Positions 19,366 through 26,605 of a stretch of DNA of 39,903 bases are shown here, one piece after another. Position 1 is the stretch's first letter. Each line of letters begins with the position of its first letter. The DNA is from Methanoregula sp. (lineage in GTDB: Archaea; Halobacteriota; Methanomicrobia; Methanomicrobiales; Methanospirillaceae): NCBI GenBank assembly GCA_035622795.1, contig DASPUR010000076.1:1-39903 (forward strand), given 5' to 3'. A program made the position numbers and the translations under genes. The notes under the pieces were generated by a model. That model worked only from the letters and a program-made list of their open reading frames with translations. It searched no databases and was not told the DNA's origin.

Positions 19366-20491
19366 CCGAAGGCACATCATGAAAAACCCTGCACATCATC
19401 GTTTCAGAGAGATCGCGTTTCAGGCGCATATACTCTTTCCGGGAGAGGCCGATCTGTTTTAAGGTGAGGTCCCGGAACATGCAGGGAGAGGAGGTCTTGC
19501 AGCACCAGCTGAGGCTGCCAAAACAGGTCTGTGTCCCGCCTTCGAGCGGGGTACCACGCACGGATTCGATCTTCGCCCGTATGTAGGCTTCCTTTTCGAT
19601 GCCAAGCCGGGAAAGTGTCGGGATCAGGGGACACTCCTTTACCGGCATGCAGCAGAAGGTGAGCGACCGTACATCGCCCCCGCGGCAGAGCTGCTTGGGC
19701 GCATTATACCACCCTTCCGTGTCGGCATATTCGGCAATGGCCTCGTCAAGGGCGGCGAGCGTCGCCGGGTCGGACCTGCGGGCAACGGATACGAGGTCTG
19801 CGCCGTGGGAGAACATCTCCTTCATCCGGTCGAAGCTGGTGATGGAGTTGTTTGCTATGATGAGCAGGGGGCAGGCATTCCGGATCTGCCTCAGTTTTGC
19901 AGAGCCGTAGTCCATGAGGTCGATATGGAGGATATCCGCGCCGGCCGCCCAGAGCTTCCGGGCCAGTTTCCGGTCGTCACCGGCAACCCCGGCCCGGATC
20001 TTCACCGAAACGGTCACGCCGCAGTGCTTGAGCGCCTTTACGGCCTCCACGAGAGGGCCCTGGTTCTGGAGGTAATATTCCCCGCACCCGGCTGCGATCA
20101 TCTCCGCCTGCCGGCAGTGTGCATCGATCTCGTAGACTACGGAATCGCCGATGGCTTGCGCGACGGTAACAAAAGCGGAAGGGGTGCCCGCCCGGATGTT
20201 GATTCCCGGAACGACCGTGCTTCCCGACAGGAGTTCCACCTGCTTTTTAATTTCTGCGACGGGGTCGTCGAAGACAAACTCTTTCCGTTCTCCGGCAGCG
20301 CTGATCGACCGGGACGCCTCAATGGCAGGCGGGTCGACCGAATAACCCCCGATAAATGCCATCCCGGTATGGTCCGCCCGTTCGAGCACGTAGTGCGCAT
20401 CGACGATCCCGGACATAGATGCAATTGCTATCGGTGTCTTTACCACCCGGTTATTGACGACAAGGCCGTACCGGTCAAATGCATTTTTCAT
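19352..20491 (-). CDS. Dus/NifR3-like TIM barrel fused to a Cys-rich methanogenesis marker 9 domain
   Basis: ASMSGI, EIDAHCRQ, SVKIR, IIANNSI, VSVAR; C-terminal APKQLCRGGD.RSLTFCCMPVKECP and CFGSLSWCCK..SPC..RD. Confidence 0.85.
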   Translation of the reverse strand: MKNAFDRYGLVVNNRVVKTPIAIASMSGIVDAHYVLERADHTGMAFIGGYSVDPPAIEASRSISAAGERKEFVFDDPVAEIKKQVELLSGSTVVPGINIRAGTPSAFVTVAQAIGDSVVYEIDAHCRQAEMIAAGCGEYYLQNQGPLVEAVKALKHCGVTVSVKIRAGVAGDDRKLARKLWAAGADILHIDLMDYGSAKLRQIRNACPLLIIANNSITSFDRMKEMFSHGADLVSVARRSDPATLAALDEAIAEYADTEGWYNAPKQLCRGGDVRSLTFCCMPVKECPLIPTLSRLGIEKEAYIRAKIESVRGTPLEGGTQTCFGSLSWCCKTSSPCMFRDLTLKQIGLSRKEYMRLKRDLSETMMCRVFHDVPSDECS

Positions 20492-20537
20492 GGGCTCATA
20501 TCCATTTCTTCTTAGTAATCCAAATTAGTTTTCACTA

Positions 20538-20990
20538 TTAAAGCGAGCTGAGCACGTACCCGTCTTTCGACCGGGACAGCGGGACACCGGTCCTTGCATC
20601 CTCTATCGTGATGCCCCGGTTTTCCTTGTAATGGCTGACAACGGTTGCCCACGGGATGAGAAAGGCCTCGTTCGCTTTGCCCGGGCCGGACCGGAATTCC
20701 AGCGCGAGGTACCCGGCCCGGCCGGTCTTTGCGAGGAAATCGCTGATCGCGTCCACCTGGTGCACGTTGTTCCGGTCGGTATGGAAGTGCTGGGAAAAGT
20801 AGAGCTTCTTGTCCAGGATCGATTTGCATTCGATGGACAGGTAATAGGAGGGGTTGAGCGAATCCACGAGCACGTCGACGTACTGGCTGGTAAACTTATG
20901 CTGTTTCAGCCGGTATGCAAAACCCTGGATATGGTGCGTCCGGAAGAACCGGTTGAGGCAGTGGACGATCTCGCGTTCAAAGTCGCTCAT
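20538..20990 (-). CDS. PD-(D/E)XK nuclease, Holliday-junction-resolvase-like
   Basis: FEREIV...VDVLV...IECKS acidic/lysine triad with a Hjc/RecU-like layout. Confidence 0.7.
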   Translation of the reverse strand: MSDFEREIVHCLNRFFRTHHIQGFAYRLKQHKFTSQYVDVLVDSLNPSYYLSIECKSILDKKLYFSQHFHTDRNNVHQVDAISDFLAKTGRAGYLALEFRSGPGKANEAFLIPWATVVSHYKENRGITIEDARTGVPLSRSKDGYVLSSL

Positions 20991-21069
20991 TGGATCAACG
21001 GTTGGTCTCCATCAGGCAAAAACCCCTGTGGTAAGAATTTTTAAGATTCCCGGTAATACTATTTGTTAT

Positions 21070-21471
21070 ATGGGCAAGAAGGGAATGCTACTCGTGGGGC
21101 ACGGAAGCACGATGCCTTACAACAAAGACCTCGTTGAGAAGACTGCGGCCATGATCCGGGCGCAGAACACGGATTTTATCGTGAAATGCGGGTTCATGAA
21201 TATGAACGCGCCGACCATAAAGGAGTCGCTGGATGCGTTCCGGCACGAGAAGATCGATGCCCTTGTCGTCGTTCCCCTCTTCCTTGCAAAAGGGGTCCAT
21301 ATCGAGAAAGACATTCCCGGGGAGATCGGGCTTCCCGAAGGCATCAGGAAGGGGAATTTTGTCCTGAACGGCACAACGGTCCCCCTTGTCTATGCCGAGC
21401 CGATCGGCAGCGACCCGCTCCTTGCCGATCTCATGCTCAAGAACGCCACCAAAGCCCTCTCCCTCATCTGA
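21070..21471 (+). CDS. cfbA: sirohydrochlorin nickelochelatase
   Basis: CbiX-S-size protein with LVGHGS, VVPLFLAKGVH..DIP, YAEPIG; heads the F430 operon. Confidence 0.9.
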   Translation: MGKKGMLLVGHGSTMPYNKDLVEKTAAMIRAQNTDFIVKCGFMNMNAPTIKESLDAFRHEKIDALVVVPLFLAKGVHIEKDIPGEIGLPEGIRKGNFVLNGTTVPLVYAEPIGSDPLLADLMLKNATKALSLI

Positions 21472-21481
21472 TTTTTTTACC

Positions 21482-22705
21482 ATGCGGATCCTGGTACTGG
21501 ACACTATCCACGGCGGAAGGGAGATCGGTGAAGCCTTCGCCGCGGAAGGCCATACCGTGGATGTAGTGGACGTGTACCGGGGAACGACGCCCGCGGAAGA
21601 GAAGCTCGCAGCGCGCAGGAACTACGATCTCATCGTCGCCCCGGTCCACCTGGACCCCGGTCATCCACTCCTCGGTGATGGGAGCACCCCGGTCATCTCC
21701 CATCACGAAGCAGTGAGGCAGCTCCTGCTGAACCGGACGCCGTTTCCTATGATCGAGATCACCGGAGCGCGCGGGAAGACGACGACCGCCCATGCCCTTG
21801 CAAGCCTCCTCCCCGGAAAGGGGGTCCTGCACACCTCCACCGGTACGTACCGGTTCCCCGGCAGGGAGTTGATCACGAAACAGAGCATCACACCGGCGTC
21901 CGTCCTTTCCGCTGCCCGGTACGCCCGGGAGATGGACGGCTGGCTCATCGCCGAGGTGTCGCTGGGGGTCACCGGGGTTGGCGACCTCGCGATCGTCACC
22001 TCGGAAGAGGACTACTCCTTTGCCGGGGGGAAAAAATCGGCCATCGCGACGAAACTGGCCTCGGCGGGGCACGCGAAAAAGGTGCTCGTGGCCGAGAATA
22101 TTGCTTTGGACCATCCCGAGGTAATCCACGTGGAGGATGCCATACGGTGCGAAGAGATGCACTGCACAGTCGCGCTCGGGGGAATGACATTCCCGCTGAC
22201 AAACCCCCTTTTCGTGATCCCGCCCTATCGGTCCGCCCTCTCGCTTGCGGCCACCGCAGCGATGATCCTCCATGTCAACCCGACGCCCCTGAACACCTTC
22301 ACGGCGCTGCCGGGCAGAATGTCCGTCCAGCACGAAGGAGAGGTGATCATCGTCGATAATTCGAACAGCGGCACCAGCATCGCGACTACGCTCTGCGCTG
22401 CCCGGTACGCACGGTACTGCGCGGGGACCAATGACCTTACGCTCGTGATCGGCCAGGCGGCGGGCGATGGGGCGGTATGTGAAGGTTTTTCCGATGAGCA
22501 GGTCCAGTACGCCATAGACCATATCCACCCGGTCCGCGTTATCCGGGTCGGGACAGCGGCTGCAGGCCGCGGGCCGCCGGCAGGGGCGCCGGGGCAATTG
22601 GATCCAGCCGATGACGTGTGCGAGACCCTCGAAGAAGGCCGGAGCCGTGCAGTCCGGTCGGCGAAGAGAGGATCCATCGTCCTCGCGGTCAAGTCGTGGA
22701 GATGA
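21482..22705 (+). CDS. cfbE: coenzyme F430 synthase (Mur ligase-like)
   Basis: LDTIHGG, APVHLDP, EITGARGKTTTA, SITPAS, EVSLG, LPGRM, DNSNSG, VCEG. Confidence 0.9.
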   Translation: MRILVLDTIHGGREIGEAFAAEGHTVDVVDVYRGTTPAEEKLAARRNYDLIVAPVHLDPGHPLLGDGSTPVISHHEAVRQLLLNRTPFPMIEITGARGKTTTAHALASLLPGKGVLHTSTGTYRFPGRELITKQSITPASVLSAARYAREMDGWLIAEVSLGVTGVGDLAIVTSEEDYSFAGGKKSAIATKLASAGHAKKVLVAENIALDHPEVIHVEDAIRCEEMHCTVALGGMTFPLTNPLFVIPPYRSALSLAATAAMILHVNPTPLNTFTALPGRMSVQHEGEVIIVDNSNSGTSIATTLCAARYARYCAGTNDLTLVIGQAAGDGAVCEGFSDEQVQYAIDHIHPVRVIRVGTAAAGRGPPAGAPGQLDPADDVCETLEEGRSRAVRSAKRGSIVLAVKSWR

Positions 22706-23775
22706 AGAACATGAAGTACATGCACCCCCGGCCCAGTTCCATTGTCGCCGCCCTGTACACCGCGCGGGACCTCGGCGTCAGTGTTGCCATCCTCCACGGG
22801 CCGTCCGGCTGCTCCTTCAAGCACGCACGCCTCCTCGAGGAGGACGGCATGCGGGTGCTCACGACCTCGCTTGCGGACAACGAGTTCATCTTTGGCGGCC
22901 AGAAACCGCTCGAGGACGTGCTCCGGTACGCGGAGGAGACCTTCTCCCCCGATCGCATCGCGGTTGTCGGAACCTGCGTCTCGATGATCATCGGAGAGGA
23001 TCTCCAGTCTGCAATCCTCGGTGCCGGGATCACGACCCCGGTCATCGCGGTGGACATCCATGCGGGGTATCTCGAAAATGTGTCAGGTGTCATATCCACG
23101 CTCGAGGCGGCCGAGGCCGCGGGCTGGATATCGCGGGAGGAGCTCGCCCGGCAGCGCTTCCTGATGGACAAGGCAAACGAGGTCGAGCACGCCCGCGGGG
23201 CGGCCTCCCTCCCCTACATCGAGGCGTCGAGAGGCGACCTCAAGCACCTTGCCGCAAAAGAGCTCCTGGAATGTGCCCGGGCCGGAAAGCGGGGCGTGGC
23301 CATCCTGAACGCGAAGAAGGAGACCGCGTACATGTTCGCCGACGCGCTTATCGCCCTCCACGACGCCTGCCCGGGTGCGGATATCGCCTACATCGCAAAC
23401 CTCGAAGAGCGGGGCCTGCCCAAGACCCGGGAGGATGCACGGCGGATCCTGCGGGGGATGGCGGATCGCGGGCTCGCACCGGAGCTGCTCGGTGCGCTTG
23501 ATGAATACGGCGCAAACGGGGAGGCGCTCGGCAGGAGGATCGCAGAGATACGCCCCTCGTTTGCCCTTATCGCCGGTGTGCCCCACGCGATTCCCCCTGA
23601 GTATACCGCCGGGGTCGAATGCTTCTCCATCACCAACGGCCCGCGCCAGGTAGCCCCGCTCCGGACCATCGGCCACCGGCACGTAATGGTCGAGATCGAC
23701 CTCCACCCGAAGACCCTCGGCGTGCGGGATATCGTCGGGAGCGAGTTCGGGGCCGTTCTCCGGAGCCTCGCATGA
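22702..23775 (+). CDS. cfbD: Ni-sirohydrochlorin a,c-diamide reductive cyclase catalytic subunit (NflD)
   Basis: HPRPSSIVAALYT, HGPSGCSFKH, GTCVSMIIGEDL, NAKKET, TNGPRQ, LHPKTLG; ATGA overlap with cfbE. Confidence 0.94.
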   Translation: MKNMKYMHPRPSSIVAALYTARDLGVSVAILHGPSGCSFKHARLLEEDGMRVLTTSLADNEFIFGGQKPLEDVLRYAEETFSPDRIAVVGTCVSMIIGEDLQSAILGAGITTPVIAVDIHAGYLENVSGVISTLEAAEAAGWISREELARQRFLMDKANEVEHARGAASLPYIEASRGDLKHLAAKELLECARAGKRGVAILNAKKETAYMFADALIALHDACPGADIAYIANLEERGLPKTREDARRILRGMADRGLAPELLGALDEYGANGEALGRRIAEIRPSFALIAGVPHAIPPEYTAGVECFSITNGPRQVAPLRTIGHRHVMVEIDLHPKTLGVRDIVGSEFGAVLRSLA

Positions 23776-25163
23776 GACAGATCCTCATCACCGGCGACCG
23801 GTCCGGGAGCGGGAAGACGAGTATCACGCTCGCGCTCGCTGCCCGGCTCTCGAAAGAATGCACGGTCCAGACCTTTAAGGTCGGGATGGACTATATCGAT
23901 CCCTCGTACCTTTCGGCTGTCTCCGGAAGGCCGTGCCGGAACCTCGACAGCTTCGCTATGAGCCCGGAGGAGATCCGGGATGTTTTCAGCCATGGCTGCC
24001 GGGGGGCCGATATCGCCCTTGTCGAAGGCGTCCGGGGACTGTATGAAGGAGCTGATGCCCTCACGGATACCGGGAGCACGGCGGCGATCGCAAAGGCGCT
24101 CCGGATCCCGGTTGTCCTGGTCGTCTCGGCGCAGAGTATTACCCGGAGCGCTGCGGCGCTCGTAAAAGGGTTCCAGGCGTTCGACCCGGAGGTAAATATC
24201 GCCGGTGTCATCCTCAATAACGTGAAAGGCGGCTCCCACCGGGAGAAGGCGCAGACCGCAATCGAGACCTGTTGCGGGATACCGGTGATCGGGGCCGTCC
24301 CCCGGACCGAGGAAATGCAGCTCGCGATGAGGCACCTCGGCCTCGTCCCGTACCGCGAGGGCTCGGGCCGGGGCGACTTCGATGCCAGGATCGCGGCGAT
24401 CACTTCGATAATCGGTGGGTACGTAGAGCTGGAAAGGTTCAAGGCCCTTATGGGTGAGGCCCGAATCCATCCTCCCGGCCCCTCCCGTTTCGCTCCCCGG
24501 CCCGGCAGCAGGGAAGTGGAGGAGATCCGGATCGGGGTTGCCCTCGATGAGGCGTTTAACTTTTATTACGCGGACCTCTTCGACATTCTCCCGGCACTCG
24601 GTGCCACGCCCATACCGTTCAGCCCCGTCCATGACCGGCTCCCGGATGCAGAAGGATACATCATCGGAGGAGGGTATCCCGAGCTCTTTGCACCGGAGCT
24701 CGAGGCAAATGATCCAATGCGGGAAGCGATCCGGGAGCGATCCGCCGGTGGAGTACCGGTGTATGCCGAGTGCGGCGGCCTCATGTACCTGACCGATACG
24801 ATGACGCTCCGGAAGGGCTGGAAGGACCTCGAACGGGACGAGTCCTATGGGATGTGCGGTGTTTTTCCGGGAAAGACGCTCATGCCTGCCCACCGGGTCG
24901 TGAGCTATGTCGAGGGGACGAGCCTTCCCGGCTCGCCGTTCGGGGAGGAGGCCTTCCGGGGGCACGAGTTCCATTACTCCGAGGTCAGCCTTGGGCCCGG
25001 CACGCGTTTTGCCTACCGTCTCACCCGCGGGAGGGGGATCAGCGGGGGGCAGGATGGCGCCCTTGTCAGGAACACCCTGGGGAGCTACACCCATCTCCAT
25101 CCCGTCGCAAGCCTCGGGATGTTTTGCAATTTCGTCGCGTGCTGCCGGAAGGCATCCCGGTAA
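23772..25163 (+). CDS. cfbB: Ni-sirohydrochlorin a,c-diamide synthase (CbiA-like amidotransferase)
   Basis: GDRSGSGKT, KVGMDYIDP, EGVRGLYEG, RHLGL, AFNFYY, GGYPE, AECGGLMYL, GHEFHYS, YTHLH; ATGA overlap with cfbD. Confidence 0.9.
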   Translation: MRQILITGDRSGSGKTSITLALAARLSKECTVQTFKVGMDYIDPSYLSAVSGRPCRNLDSFAMSPEEIRDVFSHGCRGADIALVEGVRGLYEGADALTDTGSTAAIAKALRIPVVLVVSAQSITRSAAALVKGFQAFDPEVNIAGVILNNVKGGSHREKAQTAIETCCGIPVIGAVPRTEEMQLAMRHLGLVPYREGSGRGDFDARIAAITSIIGGYVELERFKALMGEARIHPPGPSRFAPRPGSREVEEIRIGVALDEAFNFYYADLFDILPALGATPIPFSPVHDRLPDAEGYIIGGGYPELFAPELEANDPMREAIRERSAGGVPVYAECGGLMYLTDTMTLRKGWKDLERDESYGMCGVFPGKTLMPAHRVVSYVEGTSLPGSPFGEEAFRGHEFHYSEVSLGPGTRFAYRLTRGRGISGGQDGALVRNTLGSYTHLHPVASLGMFCNFVACCRKASR

Positions 25164-25263
25164 CCACGGCGGGAAACCGGGATCCTGCCGGGCGGCAGGA
25201 GCGCCGGCATGAGGCCGTCATAAATGAAAAAATACTATAACCTCCAAGCCACATCAGATTCTT

Positions 25264-26130
25264 ATGATAATCTACATTGACGGGAAATACCTTCCCGACA
25301 GCCAGGCCCGGATCTCGGTCTTCGATCACGGGTTCCTGTACGGCGACGGGGTGTTCGAGGGCATCCGGGCGTACAACGGAAGGATCTTCCGGTTGAAGGA
25401 GCATCTCGACCGGCTGTTCGACTCCGCAAAAACCATCGACCTCAATCCCCCTATCACCAAGGAAGAGCTCACCGCGGTCATCTGCGAGGTGCTGAAGAAG
25501 AACAACCTCACCAACGCCTACATCCGGCCGATCATCAGCCGCGGCGTCGGAGACCTCGGACTCGACCCCCGCAAGTGCCCGAAACCGTCCGTCATCGTCA
25601 TCGCTACCAGCTGGGGTGCGATGTACGGCGACCTGTACGAGAAAGGGCTCCGCGCAGTCACCGTCTCGGTGAGGCGCAACCCTGCCGAAGCCCTCCCCCC
25701 CAATGTCAAGAGCTTGAACTACCTCAACAATATCCTCGCCAAGATCGAGGCGAACTACAAGGGTGGTGACGAGGCGATCTTCTTCGACACGAACGGCTAT
25801 ATCTCGGAAGGCTCCGGTGATAACCTCTATATTGTCAAGAACGGTGAGATCATCACACCCCCCACCCTCAATAACCTCCGGGGGATCACCCGGCTCGTGG
25901 TCATCGAGACCGCAAAGTCGCTCGGAATCACGGTGAAGGAGCAGAACCTCGGATATTTCGATATCTACAGTGCCGACGAGATGATCTGTACGGGTACCGC
26001 CGCGGAAGTCGCCCCGATCACCTGGGTCGACGGGCGTACGATCGGGAGCGGAAAACCCGGCCCGGTAACGCGGCAGCTGATGGCGGCGTTCAAGACAGTG
26101 ACGGAAACGGAAGGGTACCCGATAACCTGA
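25264..26130 (+). CDS. ilvE: branched-chain amino acid aminotransferase
   Basis: [43 protein letters not shown]. Confidence 0.95.
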   Translation: MIIYIDGKYLPDSQARISVFDHGFLYGDGVFEGIRAYNGRIFRLKEHLDRLFDSAKTIDLNPPITKEELTAVICEVLKKNNLTNAYIRPIISRGVGDLGLDPRKCPKPSVIVIATSWGAMYGDLYEKGLRAVTVSVRRNPAEALPPNVKSLNYLNNILAKIEANYKGGDEAIFFDTNGYISEGSGDNLYIVKNGEIITPPTLNNLRGITRLVVIETAKSLGITVKEQNLGYFDIYSADEMICTGTAAEVAPITWVDGRTIGSGKPGPVTRQLMAAFKTVTETEGYPIT

Positions 26131-26162
26131 TTTTTTTTGGTTTTTCCCCTGCAGATTTTTTT
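26131..26162 (+). terminator. oligo-T terminator after ilvE
   Basis: T8, T5 and T7 runs directly after the stop codon. Confidence 0.6.
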
Positions 26163-26605
26163 CCTGTCGGATTACTTCTGTTTTTCCCGGGCTTGTAGAA
26201 CAGAAGCCTGCGTGCTCTTTTCCGCCGATTCTGATGAAATTTGAAATCCCTGAAGAACGGGGCTCATTCGTGATAACCAGTCAGAAAACAGGGAATGCGA
26301 CATTATCGCAATCGGGGGCTGCGTTAGCGGCGGGGAAAGAAATGTCGCAGAGCGAGGATTCTTTCACAGAAGGCTGATGGTCATCAGGCCGGAGGCATGA
26401 GAAGACCATCAGGTCTTCGAAAATTTCCGTGGAATTCTTCGAGCGGAGTTCGACTGGTTCAGAACCAGGAGAATGTGAAGACCTCATCAGGGTTCTTCTA
26501 AGCCCCGGGAGCGTCAAAGATACATAAGAATTTTCACAGAAGAGATTTTTATACGACACGGACGCCGCTCATCAGAACCGGAAAACCTGACAGCGCCAGT
26601 CACAG

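Noticed and set aside
26229-26300. Hammerhead ribozyme or C/D box sRNA (CTGATGA...GAAA; CTGATGA-12nt-CTGA)
   Set aside because: Hammerhead stems II/III and the UH site cannot be built, and no properly spaced terminal D box follows the possible C' box.
26186-26585. RNase P or SRP RNA
   Set aside because: The size fits, but I found neither the GAGGAAAGTCC P4 motif nor the SRP helix 8 motif on either strand.
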